Assembly (NCBI GenBank): GCA_034530615.2
Contig: JAVRCV020000053.1
Span: forward strand, 32,001 to 96,000
Direction of reading: 5' to 3'
DNA from: Aulosira sp. ZfuVER01
GTDB taxonomy: Bacteria; Cyanobacteriota; Cyanobacteriia; Cyanobacteriales; Nostocaceae
Length of the DNA stretch: 64,000 nucleotides
Made by a program: the position numbers and the translations under genes. Within the stretch, counting starts at the first letter, position 1. Each line of letters begins with the position of its first letter. The notes under the pieces are model-generated. The model was given only the letters and a program-made list of their open reading frames with translations. It ran no database searches and was not told where the DNA came from. This document shows, piece by piece, positions 29,528-40,114 of this stretch.

Positions 29528-30196
29528 TTACAAATTTTTGCTCAATGGTGAATCACTGTAGTGTGCTAACAAATCAGCAGGATCGTTATAGATAGCTTTA
29601 GCTCCCGCCAAAGTGGAATCGTCAAAGCCGCCACAGCGCATTGCAATTAAACCGACTCCCGCCTTACCCGCAGATTTGATATCGTAAGGCGTATCGCCCA
29701 GCATCAAAACTTGGTTAGGCTCCATATTCAATTTATTAAGTGCCGCTTCTACAATATCGGGTGCTGGTTTAGAAGTTTCCGCATCGCTTGATGTTGTCGT
29801 TTCTTGGAGTAAGTCATCAACCTGAGCAGCTTTGAGCAGCGTCTCCATTTCTTCATTTGACGCTGAACTAGCGACAATTAGCCGCAACCCAAGCTGCTGC
29901 ATGTGTTGTAATAATTCCCTAGAACCATTAGCTGGTGAGAGTTTTGGTGCGTAGTTATTCAGAAATATTTTTCTGCGTCGTTGAGCGATCGCTTTTCCAT
30001 CGCCTTCTTCATCCGTCAGTCCTGGTACCACTCGTGGTAAAAGTTGATCGCCACCCATACCAATTAATGGTCGTACTTGCTCGAAGGATACATCATAACC
30101 AAATTCTTTAAATGCATCTACCCAAGAATGAGCATGAGCATCATTGCTTAAGACAAGCGTCCCATCGATATCTAAAAGTACTGCTTGCAATTCCAT
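29528..30196 (-). CDS. HAD family hydrolase
   Basis: LDIDGTL, SKPAPD, LGDTPYD. Confidence 0.9.
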   Translation of the reverse strand: MELQAVLLDIDGTLVLSNDAHAHSWVDAFKEFGYDVSFEQVRPLIGMGGDQLLPRVVPGLTDEEGDGKAIAQRRRKIFLNNYAPKLSPANGSRELLQHMQQLGLRLIVASSASNEEMETLLKAAQVDDLLQETTTSSDAETSKPAPDIVEAALNKLNMEPNQVLMLGDTPYDIKSAGKAGVGLIAMRCGGFDDSTLAGAKAIYNDPADLLAHYSDSPLSKNL

Positions 30197-30478
30197 TGCC
30201 AATTTCCTATGAATAAAAATTCATAATAGTTAATTATTCTATTGCTACGTTGTTAACTCATCGCCCTACAGAGGTAAGAGAAATTTCAATAATATTTAGT
30301 TAAGTCAATAGATCTCAGCGATCAGTCTAATCTATCAGAAGGTCTATATTAAAACTATGATTAACTCAATGCTTCTAGAGGTAGAATTTCACCTAGTTTT
30401 TATTTCAGCTAATCCAGCATGGACTTTTACTAAGTGAGATCGGGGTAAATTCGACCTCATCAATTTTCTAGAATTTTG

Positions 30479-30721
30479 TTAACGAGATTCTGTTCCTTGA
30501 TTGGGAAGACCAGGTGTTGTTACAGTACCTCCAGCAGCTTCAGGATCGGAACCCTGACGAGCGTCAGTACCTGATTCTTGACCAGTCATACGATATCTTT
30601 CATCAAGAGGAGTATTACCTTCTTCCGTAGTTGCTACAGTCGTTTGAGTTCCAGGGTTATCTTGAGAGTCGTATTTACCTTCTTCTTGCCGATTGTCAGG
30701 AGGAGGAGTTTTGGATGTCAT
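30479..30721 (-). CDS. Small hydrophilic, probably disordered protein
   Basis: 80 aa rich in T/E/D/G/P; SD-like AAGG upstream. Confidence 0.65.
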   Translation of the reverse strand: MTSKTPPPDNRQEEGKYDSQDNPGTQTTVATTEEGNTPLDERYRMTGQESGTDARQGSDPEAAGGTVTTPGLPNQGTESR

Positions 30722-31294
30722 ACATTTGTACCTTTTTAACAGGTTATTATCTAAGATTAGTTTTCAGCGTCCTGTAAGTTTTCTATCCTGAAGTATGACT
30801 TCTAACTAATTTGGAAGACAACCTGAAACACAAGCGATCGCACTTAGTAGGCTCGGCTACAATCAGGCTTAATATTGTTTCTAAACTTTCTACTGTTGAT
30901 TGTCTATTTGGAATATCATTGCTGGCATTCGCTAGTTAACTTCTTTTCAAAACAAGTGTTTAAGCAACACTACTCATCTTAAAAACACTTGAGATTTTTA
31001 TGATAAAAATTTAAAGCCGATAAAAATTACACTCTCACTCATAAAAACCTAACGCCATGCTTGAACCTGAATATTACACTGCATTAAATGAAAAATATAT
31101 ACATTAAACAATCATAGTTATGTGTAACATTCTATTGTATACTGCACTACAAATAAATTTGATCAAAACTTATAATTTTATCTGTCTTTAGCTTGAATAT
31201 TTTTAACTTAAATCAAATATAAGATTATTGAAACCTGCTAAACAACTGGTTTAAGCTCATAGCACCTAAGAATCAGACATTAGCTCCTAATAAC

Positions 31295-31324
31295 AAAGGG
31301 GTGCAAATAATTGCACCCCTTTTT
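31295..31324. terminator. Bidirectional terminator-like hairpin
   Basis: aaaggggtgcaa-ataa-ttgcacccctttt. Confidence 0.65.
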
Positions 31325-31769
31325 ACTAAGTATTGTTTACTAGAGAATTTCTCAATTTTGCTGTGGTTGTCAATGTAAAAAAATTGCATTACAAACCCAG
31401 CTATTTCAAAAATTAAAGAGATTTAGCTATTCACAATAGTTTGTACGGTTTCATACATATAAAACTCTAATTATAAAGATGATTTTATTAAATTTACAAC
31501 TCTAGATGTAAACAACAAAATCAACGTTAAAACTTTTGACAGACACAACATTGTAGCTCTTGATAGAGCCTAAGAAATTTGGTTATTAGCTATAAAATTA
31601 CATAGAACACAGGTTCACTACTTACAGTTGTGAATTAAAACCCTATTTTTTTATTGGAGTAAAAGCAATTCTCATCTTAACGGTAACAGGCAATAGTTTT
31701 TCAATTAACGAATTTGTGTTTTATGGCTATGTTACGCAAAGAATTATCTAGGGAGAGGTTGTCAAGGAA

Positions 31770-31985
31770 ATGGCTATAAGTATTTTAGGAAACCCTAAGT
31801 TTTGTGAAGGACAGATGGTAGAGTTTATCGGTGGAGAAGGCCTCATCAAAAAGTACCGATTTGAGCCAAGTAGCTGGCTTTATTTAGTGGAGATGCCGAT
31901 AAAAACAGATCCAGATATTGACAGAGTTGGCTATGAAACCATGATTTGGTTAGCGGAGACAGATATCTTTCCCTCTGTCCAATAG
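31770..31985 (+). CDS. Small hypothetical protein
   Basis: AAGGA before ATG; PKFCEGQMVEFIGGEG...WLYLVEM beta-rich pattern. Confidence 0.7.
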   Translation: MAISILGNPKFCEGQMVEFIGGEGLIKKYRFEPSSWLYLVEMPIKTDPDIDRVGYETMIWLAETDIFPSVQ

Positions 31986-32138
31986 TTTTTCTCATAAAGC
32001 CTTAAATCTAGAACAAAATAACTTTGGAAGAGCTTGTTAATAACCTCTAACAAAACACTTATTACTCGCTAACAGTATATGTTGGCAAACCAACATATAG
32101 AATAAATATATGGTGGTTATTTAACGTAGTTATTTTAC

Positions 32139-32180
32139 AAAAAAAAGGCGGCGGGGCGGCGGTTTACCGCCGCCCCGCCG
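32139..32180 (-). terminator. Very GC-rich intrinsic terminator
   Basis: 15-bp perfect arms cggcggggcggcggt/accgccgccccgccg followed on the minus strand by T8. Confidence 0.7.
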
Positions 32181-32380
32181 TCAGTTGTTAGAGTCCAAAA
32201 CATCTGTTAACTGACCCTTAATGTCAAAGAAATGATTAATAACATTGGTGGGGTGAGACAAAATTACATCATATTTTGTAACATTCCTCCAAAAGAAGCG
32301 ATCGCTTCTGGTCAGGTCAAGCTGTTAATAACAGAAACATATTTTATGCAAGTTTCTTAAATAGCCATGACTACAGTCAG

Positions 32381-33106
32381 GTGAATTATATGTTAGTTAA
32401 CAAAACTACTACTATCATGAGAGAAAATCGGCTACTTGAGGCGCTTCCTGCTTTTGAATATGAGCGTCTTGTCCCCTATTTGAATCTCGTTTCGCTTTCG
32501 TTAGGGCAGGTTGTTTACGAGGCAGAAGAACCAATAACACAAGTTTATTTCCCTCATAATTCACTAGTTTCTTTAATTATCACTACGGAAAATGGGTCTA
32601 CGGTAGAAGTTGGTATAGTAGGTAATGAAGGCATGGTAGGTATGCCTGTAATTTTAGGAAGTAACACAACGACTACAACAGGTATTGTACAAATTGCAGG
32701 CACTGCCATGCAGATGAATGCAGATATACTGAAAATCGAGTTTGAACGAGGTGGTACTCTTCAAAAGCTACTGCTACGCTACTTACAAGCCCTATACACT
32801 CAAGTATCACAAGCGGCTGTGTGTAATCGTCTGCATACACTGGAAGCACGGCTTGCCCGTTGGCTGCTAACAGTTTCTGACCGTTTACAATCAGATGAGT
32901 TACCTCTGACTCAGGAATATATTTCTCATATGCTGGGTGTCCGTCGTTCTGGTGTGACGGTGGCTGCTGGCAGTTTCAGCAATCAGGGAATAATCAGCTA
33001 TAATCGCGGTCACATTACCATCCTCAATAGAGAAGCTTTAGAAGCCACATCCTGTGAGTGTTATCGGCTCATCAAACGTGAATTAGCTCGATTACTCGGC
33101 AATTAG
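32381..33106 (+). CDS. Crp/Fnr family transcriptional regulator
   Basis: NRLLEALP, VGNEGMVG, CNRLHTLEARLARWLL, LTQEYISHMLGVRRSGVT HTH; start may be ATG 32417. Confidence 0.9.
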   Translation: MNYMLVNKTTTIMRENRLLEALPAFEYERLVPYLNLVSLSLGQVVYEAEEPITQVYFPHNSLVSLIITTENGSTVEVGIVGNEGMVGMPVILGSNTTTTTGIVQIAGTAMQMNADILKIEFERGGTLQKLLLRYLQALYTQVSQAAVCNRLHTLEARLARWLLTVSDRLQSDELPLTQEYISHMLGVRRSGVTVAAGSFSNQGIISYNRGHITILNREALEATSCECYRLIKRELARLLGN

Positions 33107-33353
33107 CTGGATTGCAATGCGGAATGAATCTTTTCCAATTTTTATGTGCAAAATCGCTGAAGTAATTTGAACTTGCTATTTAGGCAGCTATGGCAGTTCT
33201 ATTTGATTTAGAAACTTATTCATAGAGGTGAGAAACAGCAAAGCAGGCAAGTAGAAGCATAAGTCATTTTTTCAAAAAAAATTTATAAATCTCCAAGATT
33301 AAACCTAATGATAGAGGTTTAATCTTTGCTAATTTTGCTATTACAAAACAATT

Positions 33354-34427
33354 ATGAACTTCCAAAAAATATTTGATAAATCACCAGACGCTGAAGCCAG
33401 CGCGCCTGGAAGGGTAAACCTACTAGGCGAACATACAGATTACAATGATGGCTTCGTTCTGCCAACAGCTATTCCCCAAAAAACAACGGTACAGTTAGGT
33501 TTTAGTGCCGATGGACTGCATCATTTTTACTCAGAAAATTTAGATGAGCAAGTCAGTGTTTTAGAAACAAACCATACGCCATCGGGATTTGCAAGTTATA
33601 TTTTTGGGTGTATTCACGTTTTAGAACAACAAGGATACACAATCCCATCACTGAATTTGTATATTAAATCTTCAGTGCCGATGGGTTCGGGTTTGTCTAG
33701 CAGTGCGGCTTTAGAAGTTAGCACTCTTAGAGCAGTACGCCAACTGCTCAACCTCCCGATTAATGATGTAGAAATTGCCCAATTGGCGCAGCAAGCGGAA
33801 ATTCACTACGCTGGTGTGCAATGCGGCATCATGGATCAGATGGCTTCCAGTTTGGCTGATACTGAGCATATCCTGTTTTTAGATACACGTACTCTAGAAC
33901 GACGAGTGTTACCTTTGCCAAGTGGAGCAGAGATTTTAGTCATAGATAGTGGTGTGCCTCGCACTCTAGCAAGTAGTGGATATAACCAAAGACGAGCCGA
34001 GTGTGAAGCAGCAGCGCGATCGCTTGTAGTCAAAGCTCTCCGAGATATTACTGACGCTAGTGTTGTAGAAGACTTACCCGAACTCTTACGTCGTCGTGCG
34101 CGTCATGTGGTTACAGAAAATAACCGTGTTTTGGAAGTTTTACAGGGTGTATCATCTGGGCGTTTTGGCGAGTTGATGAACGCCTCTCACGCTAGCTTGC
34201 GCGATGATTACGAAGTTTCCGTTCCCGCACTGGACACATTAGTAGAGATTCTGCAGAACACAGCAGGAGTGTTTGGTGCAAGGCTGACTGGTGCCGGTTT
34301 TGGTGGTGCCTGCGTGGCTTTAGTTGCAGCAGGCGAAGTCGTAAAAATAGCAAATCACACCCTAGAAGCTTACAATCAAGCAGGTTACACCGGACAAGTT
34401 TTGGTTCCGCAGACTGACGACAAATGA
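33354..34427 (+). CDS. galK: Galactokinase
   Basis: APGRVNLLGEHTDYNDG, GSGLSSSAA, CGIMDQ, GARLTGAGFGG. Confidence 0.95.
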   Translation: MNFQKIFDKSPDAEASAPGRVNLLGEHTDYNDGFVLPTAIPQKTTVQLGFSADGLHHFYSENLDEQVSVLETNHTPSGFASYIFGCIHVLEQQGYTIPSLNLYIKSSVPMGSGLSSSAALEVSTLRAVRQLLNLPINDVEIAQLAQQAEIHYAGVQCGIMDQMASSLADTEHILFLDTRTLERRVLPLPSGAEILVIDSGVPRTLASSGYNQRRAECEAAARSLVVKALRDITDASVVEDLPELLRRRARHVVTENNRVLEVLQGVSSGRFGELMNASHASLRDDYEVSVPALDTLVEILQNTAGVFGARLTGAGFGGACVALVAAGEVVKIANHTLEAYNQAGYTGQVLVPQTDDK

Positions 34428-34804
34428 CAAATGACAAAGTAATTTTCGGAAACGCCGAAGAAGAAGGTAAAAATCGCTGGGGATGGTTCCTAGGGCACTT
34501 TATTACTCCTGTTGAAGATCCGCGTTCTACAGAATTACTAGAAGTTAAATGGGGTGTTCACAAAGCTGGTGAGAGTAGAACTCAGTGGGCAATAAATAAC
34601 CAAGCGGCTACTATTTCCATTCTCATTAATGGACAATTCCGTTTGCAATTTGAAGATAGAGAGATTGTATTATCTCGTCCAGGTGATTATGTTCTTTGGT
34701 GTGCAGGTGTGCCCCATACCTGGGTAGCTGAATCTGATTGCACGATTTTAACTATTAGATGGCCTTCAAAGCCAGGCGATAGCATCGGAATTCCAAGTAG
34801 GTAA
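34424..34804 (+). CDS. Cupin-like protein, translationally coupled to galK
   Basis: ISILINGQF...LSRPGDYVLWCAGVPHTW cupin barrel pattern; ATGA overlap. Confidence 0.7.
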   Translation: MTNDKVIFGNAEEEGKNRWGWFLGHFITPVEDPRSTELLEVKWGVHKAGESRTQWAINNQAATISILINGQFRLQFEDREIVLSRPGDYVLWCAGVPHTWVAESDCTILTIRWPSKPGDSIGIPSR

Positions 34805-34922
34805 GCCCAACTTTATCGATTTTTACGAGATTCAAAATCTAACTCTATTTTCATTAAGAAAGACGAGTTCTCAATTTGGGATAAAGTCGAGCTAAGATGC
34901 TATCAAATATTGGATGAGTTAA

Positions 34923-35885
34923 CTATGCATTTGGGAATAAAAACCCACAAATAAGTTGATAGATTTCTGGCTGGAAAATATCAGAATGATGTCCAGCAAA
35001 TGCTGCTGAATCAAATTTGTCATGTTGGTGCAAAAGTGAAAGATCGGCTACGATCATCTGTTTACTGGGAACACTATTTGCAGAGAATCCTACATCTACC
35101 CCAATTGTAGCCAATGAGTTAGCAAATTTTGCCTTGACAATATCCGTTGGTCCAGCTGCTCCTAATGCAGGTCTGTTGTCAAAAAGGTTGACTAGTTTAT
35201 GTGCTATTGGATAAGCATCTTGCAATGCTTTATCTTCCTTCGATGTTGTAATCAAAAATCGAATATTTGGAAACTCTGTCAATAGACTTCCATAACTTTG
35301 TTTTGGCTCTAATGCATTATTATCAAAGGCAGCTTGCATCAAAATCACGTTAAAATTTAACTTACTGCGGAGAGAAGCAATTAAAGGTTGCTTTGCTAAA
35401 GCTGCTAATGCTGAACAAATAACTTTACAGCCAAAGCTATGACCAATTAAATTAATGTTAATAGGAATGTTAGAAGTAACGGTTTTCAAATTCTCGAGCA
35501 GCAACCGAATAATCGCATATCCAGCATTGGCACCTACGCTATCGGCTCGCCGTTCCATTGTGTAGAAAGAAAGAGCTTCTAGATAGTTTTTGATGTTGCT
35601 CCCATCTTCACTGAGCATAGAAGGCCAATGAATTCCAATTCCAAGTGTATTTATAGATTGCTTATGTAACTTTTGAAATTGGTTGAGTACAACACCCCCT
35701 AATTCTACTGAGAACAGGTTATATTGGGACATTGTGTCGCTGGCGTTAGTCCACCAACCATGCGAGTAGATAAAGAAGTTATTAAAGTTAAAAGGTTGTT
35801 GAGTTAGCGTATCAACCTCTCTCTTGATATTAGAGTCAAGGATGACTCCATTTTCATTGGTTGGAAGCAGGAGAAAATAAGCCAT
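34923..35885 (-). CDS. Alpha/beta hydrolase family protein
   Basis: SHGW, IHWPS, IGHSFG, EDKAL, GHHSDI. Confidence 0.75.
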   Translation of the reverse strand: MAYFLLLPTNENGVILDSNIKREVDTLTQQPFNFNNFFIYSHGWWTNASDTMSQYNLFSVELGGVVLNQFQKLHKQSINTLGIGIHWPSMLSEDGSNIKNYLEALSFYTMERRADSVGANAGYAIIRLLLENLKTVTSNIPININLIGHSFGCKVICSALAALAKQPLIASLRSKLNFNVILMQAAFDNNALEPKQSYGSLLTEFPNIRFLITTSKEDKALQDAYPIAHKLVNLFDNRPALGAAGPTDIVKAKFANSLATIGVDVGFSANSVPSKQMIVADLSLLHQHDKFDSAAFAGHHSDIFQPEIYQLICGFLFPNA

Positions 35886-36144
35886 GTTTTAACTGTCATC
35901 CACAATTAGGTTGGAAATTTTGGACTAATTTTCGGGAATTAAGTCGATATAGATGAATAGCATCTGTTTATACTTGCTTTTCATCTTGATACTTGGTTAA
36001 AAATGACTTAAGGCTGTATATTGTGAATAATATTACAATAGGAATATGACGATTTTATGAAGAGGTAAATAAGTTTACATTATTAAATAATCTCTTGCAT
36101 TAAGTATCATTCGTAAGTTATAGAATTATTAAGAAATATTAACG

Positions 36145-36810
36145 ATGAGTTATCAAATCTGGAAGCTTCGTAGGGCTAAGAATTGCGTATTTGCTATTAG
36201 CCTAACATCCCTGACTACTTTATTAACAATTAGCAGCGTTGCTGCGGAATTTCCTAAAAATACTATTGTTGAATCACAAACAAAACAACTCCGACCTACT
36301 GGCATTACACCTGGCGAAATAGGTCAAGTTAGGCAAGCACTACCTCGCCGTAATATACTTCTTAAACATGCGTTCCGTGTTAATTTACCAGATTTTGGTT
36401 CCTGTATATTTGTACCAGTTCAAGAATTCCTTCAAGGTTCCAAAAAAGCCAAACTTTATTTGTATCTAGTGAAGAATAATCGTGTAGTTTATACCTTTCC
36501 CCAATCTCCCCAGGTACAAACTTGGAACTTTTTAGGGTTAAAAGCTGTATCTTTTCTAGAACTTGATTTTGATGGGCCTGATGAAGATGGTATTCTTCTC
36601 ATCGGTAACTACACAACGATTAATTTCCCGACAACTCGCAGTTCTCCCCCAAATGTTCCTCCACCTTTTCCAGTTACACTTCTTTACCATAGAGAGAAAA
36701 ATGGATTTAAAGTTGAGGAGGATATTAGTAAAAAACTCACATCTCGTAAAGTTAAAACAATTGCCGAGGCTGAGAAGATTCTGAGAGAAGATTTCGGTTT
36801 TTTACCGTAA
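36145..36810 (+). CDS. Hypothetical secreted protein
   Basis: Signal-peptide-like N-terminus; 221-aa ORF filling an otherwise empty interval. Confidence 0.65.
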   Translation: MSYQIWKLRRAKNCVFAISLTSLTTLLTISSVAAEFPKNTIVESQTKQLRPTGITPGEIGQVRQALPRRNILLKHAFRVNLPDFGSCIFVPVQEFLQGSKKAKLYLYLVKNNRVVYTFPQSPQVQTWNFLGLKAVSFLELDFDGPDEDGILLIGNYTTINFPTTRSSPPNVPPPFPVTLLYHREKNGFKVEEDISKKLTSRKVKTIAEAEKILREDFGFLP

Positions 36811-36833
36811 CATCAGCAAGCAGATACTACATT

Positions 36834-37067
36834 TTAATCATCACTTAAGGTTTCAATTAACAAATCTACCTGTTGCTGTCGCTGCTGCAAAAAATTCTCG
36901 CATTGACGTAAATATTCCACAGCAGTCGTAAATTGGTCAAATACTTGTTCTAATTCCAACTCGCCTGTCTCAATGCGAGTAATAATTTTTTCGATTTCAG
37001 CAACCTTAACCTCATAATTCCAACCTGCCATTGCATCAGAATTAGCAGCATTATTACGTTTAACCAT
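36834..37067 (-). CDS. xseB: Exodeoxyribonuclease VII small subunit
   Basis: [24 protein letters not shown]...; directly downstream of xseA. Confidence 0.88.
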   Translation of the reverse strand: MVKRNNAANSDAMAGWNYEVKVAEIEKIITRIETGELELEQVFDQFTTAVEYLRQCENFLQQRQQQVDLLIETLSDD

Positions 37068-37084
37068 TCAACTCTCTGTGATTT

Positions 37085-38317
37085 TTAATCTTTTACTTCT
37101 TTAACTTTCACTTTAACTTCTCCCTGCCCCAACTGAATGACTAACTCATCTCCTACAGCTAACTCTTGAGCAGAACGTGCGATCGCACCATTTTCTTGTC
37201 TAACTACAGCATAACCACGCTGCAACACCGCTTTCGGGTCAAGAGTGACTAACTTTTGCCGTAACATTTCTAAATGTTGGCTGGCTTGCTGCGATCGCCT
37301 TTTTGTTGCTTGTACCAATTGCTGACGTTTCCAAGTCAGCCTTTGCACTTCTTGGTGTACTTGCCTATCTAAGCGTAAATTTCGTAAACGATTGTATAAA
37401 TCCCGTATTCGTTTCTCAGCATTTCTTCTAGCTTCATATACTGCATCATATAAAGCATCTATTCTCTGTCTATGCTGCGTATATAACTCTGCTAACGCAG
37501 GTACAACCATCTCTGCCGCCGCGGTAGGAGTATGCACAGATATATCTGCTACTAAATCTGCTAAAGATTCATCTCTTTGATGACCAATACCAGTAATCAC
37601 AGGTATAGAACAATTAGCGATCGCTCGCACAACTCGTTCATCATTAAAACAAGCTAATTCCTCAACCGCGCCGCCTCCCCTAGCTAAAATTATTACCTCG
37701 GCGCGACCATCCCGTTCGACTCGCTCAATAGCCTTAACTATCGATTCTGGCGCTTGCTCGCCCTGTACTGTAGCGGGAGAAAATAAAACGTGTAACCCTG
37801 GATATCTTTGTTTGAGGGTTCTTTGAATATCACCCCAAGCCGCAGCAGTTGGGGAAGTGATCGCGGCGATTGTTTGGGGGTGAGGAGGAAGCGATCGCTT
37901 TCTTTCAGGATCGAATAAACCTTCAGCTAGCAAGCGGTTTTTTAACTGTTGATAGCGCAACGCCTGCAAACCAACACCAGCAGGTAAAGCTTGCCAAACA
38001 GATAATTGATATTCTCCCCTTTGCGGATAAACTCTGAGACTACCCAAGATAATTAACTGTTCACCCGGAATCGGTAACTGTGCTAGTTTTGCAACTTGGC
38101 TATTCCACGCCACACACTTAATTCCGGCTGTACCATCGGGATCTTGCAACGTGAAAAATAAGCCACTGCGATGGTGGTTAGCACTGGAAACTTCTCCAGT
38201 TACCCAAACTTGGCGCAGTTGTTCATCTTGCTCCAACAGCAAGCGGATGTAGTCAGTTAACCCAGCTACCGAAAGCGCAGTATCGGGAATTAAAGAATTG
38301 GCAAAATCGTAAGCCAT
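37085..38317 (-). CDS. xseA: Exodeoxyribonuclease VII large subunit
   Basis: VWVTGEVS, ITSPTAAAWGD, ARGGG, TGIGHQRD, TPTAAAE, LQRGYA. Confidence 0.93.
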   Translation of the reverse strand: MAYDFANSLIPDTALSVAGLTDYIRLLLEQDEQLRQVWVTGEVSSANHHRSGLFFTLQDPDGTAGIKCVAWNSQVAKLAQLPIPGEQLIILGSLRVYPQRGEYQLSVWQALPAGVGLQALRYQQLKNRLLAEGLFDPERKRSLPPHPQTIAAITSPTAAAWGDIQRTLKQRYPGLHVLFSPATVQGEQAPESIVKAIERVERDGRAEVIILARGGGAVEELACFNDERVVRAIANCSIPVITGIGHQRDESLADLVADISVHTPTAAAEMVVPALAELYTQHRQRIDALYDAVYEARRNAEKRIRDLYNRLRNLRLDRQVHQEVQRLTWKRQQLVQATKRRSQQASQHLEMLRQKLVTLDPKAVLQRGYAVVRQENGAIARSAQELAVGDELVIQLGQGEVKVKVKEVKD

Positions 38318-38484
38318 CAAAGACGCAGCAAAAAACCTATTCAAATCCTAGCAAATCCAGGTATTTGAAACTTCAGCTTTAAAATGAGTCCTAAGAATAA
38401 GACATCGCAATAATAAAAATTTAAATTTCATACTTTTGCCATTAGAATTTCAATAATTTATTCTTGGGAACAATTTTCACTCTT

Positions 38485-39840
38485 ATGCCTTGTTCTGCCA
38501 CCTTAAATCAACTAGTTGAAATTCTTTTAGCCCAGCCTGTCAATTTATCAGCAGCCGCTTTAACGCAATCAAGTAGCGGTATCCAAACAGACACCCGTAT
38601 CCTCAAGCCAGGTGAAGTGTTTGTGGCTTTGCGAGGTGAAAATTTTGATGGACACGAGTTTGTCGAAACAGCGATCGCAAAAGGTGCTTTAGCTGCAATT
38701 GTTGATTTTGCTTACGAAAATCCTCGTTTTCCTGTATTACAGGTAAAAAATACACTAGAGGCATATCAAAAAATTGCTCGTTGGTGGCGCGATCGCTTTA
38801 ATATACCAGTAATCGGTGTTACTGGTTCTGTCGGTAAAACCACTACAAAAGAATTAATCGCCGCAGTTTTGGCAACAAAAGGACGTGTTCACAAGACGTA
38901 TGGCAATTACAATAACGAAATCGGTGTGCCGAAAACCCTCCTAGAACTCAGTCCAGAACATGATTTCGCTGTGATTGAAATGGCTATGCGGGGTAAGGGA
39001 CAAATTGCCGAACTCACGCACATTGCAAACCCGACAATCGGAGTAATTACCAATGTGGGAACGGCACACATTGAGTTACTCGGTTCCGAAGCCGCGATCG
39101 CTCAGGCAAAATGTGAGTTATTAGCCGAAATGCCAAAAGATAGCGTCGCCATTCTCAACCACGATCATCCATTATTAACTTCCACGGCGGCACAAGTTTG
39201 GCAAGAGCAAACGATAACTTACGGCTTGTCTGGCGGCGACATCCAAGGGCAGCTAATTGATAATGAAAAGATGGCAGTAGCAGGAATCGATTTACCTTTA
39301 CCCCTACCTGGTCGTCACAATGCTGCGAATTTCTTGGCAGCTTTGGCGGTAGCTAAGGTAGTAGGAATTGATTGGGCATCTTTGCAAGCGGGTATAAATG
39401 TGGATATGCCCACAGGGCGATCGCAACGCTTTGCCTTACCCAACGATGTAGTAATATTAGATGAGACTTACAATGCCGCACCGGAAGCTATGTTAGCAGC
39501 ATTGCAATTATTGGCAGATACACCAGGAAAACGCAAGATTGCGGTGTTAGGTGCGATGAAAGAATTGGGAGAGCGATCGCCACAGTTGCATCAGCGAGTC
39601 GGAGAAACAGTGCAAAAGTTGCAATTAGACGGGTTGTTAGTTTTGGTAGATGGACAAGACGCTGAAGCGATCGCCAAAAGCGCTGAAGGTATCCCATCCG
39701 AATGCTTTGCCACCCATGCAGAATTAGTAGCGCGATTAAAGACATTTGTGCAAGCAGGCGATCGTTTATTGTTCAAAGCTGCCCATTCTGTGGGACTAGA
39801 TCGAGTTGTCAACCAGTTGCGTGCGGAATTTGCAAGCTGA
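38485..39840 (+). CDS. murF: UDP-MurNAc-tripeptide--D-Ala-D-Ala ligase
   Basis: FVALRGENFDGH, GVTGSVGKTTTK, NYNNEIGVP, DETYNAAP, LGAMKELG. Confidence 0.95.
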   Translation: MPCSATLNQLVEILLAQPVNLSAAALTQSSSGIQTDTRILKPGEVFVALRGENFDGHEFVETAIAKGALAAIVDFAYENPRFPVLQVKNTLEAYQKIARWWRDRFNIPVIGVTGSVGKTTTKELIAAVLATKGRVHKTYGNYNNEIGVPKTLLELSPEHDFAVIEMAMRGKGQIAELTHIANPTIGVITNVGTAHIELLGSEAAIAQAKCELLAEMPKDSVAILNHDHPLLTSTAAQVWQEQTITYGLSGGDIQGQLIDNEKMAVAGIDLPLPLPGRHNAANFLAALAVAKVVGIDWASLQAGINVDMPTGRSQRFALPNDVVILDETYNAAPEAMLAALQLLADTPGKRKIAVLGAMKELGERSPQLHQRVGETVQKLQLDGLLVLVDGQDAEAIAKSAEGIPSECFATHAELVARLKTFVQAGDRLLFKAAHSVGLDRVVNQLRAEFAS

Positions 39841-40114
39841 AATTGGTAGTAATCGGAATAATGGGTAATAGGTAATGAATAATCGCTAATGGCTAAAGGT
39901 GCAATTAGTCATTAGCTTTTTACTATCAAAATGGATATGGGGCATTGGGCATTGGGCATCTTTCCCCCTTGTCCCCCTTCTCCATTCCCCAGTTTTTTGA
40001 CAAAATTAAACCGTATACTATCCACATTCGGAAGTATACGGCGTGATAAATATTATACTTGATTACATATAATCAAAAGTATATAATATAACTTTTATTT
40101 ATCAGTAAATAAAC

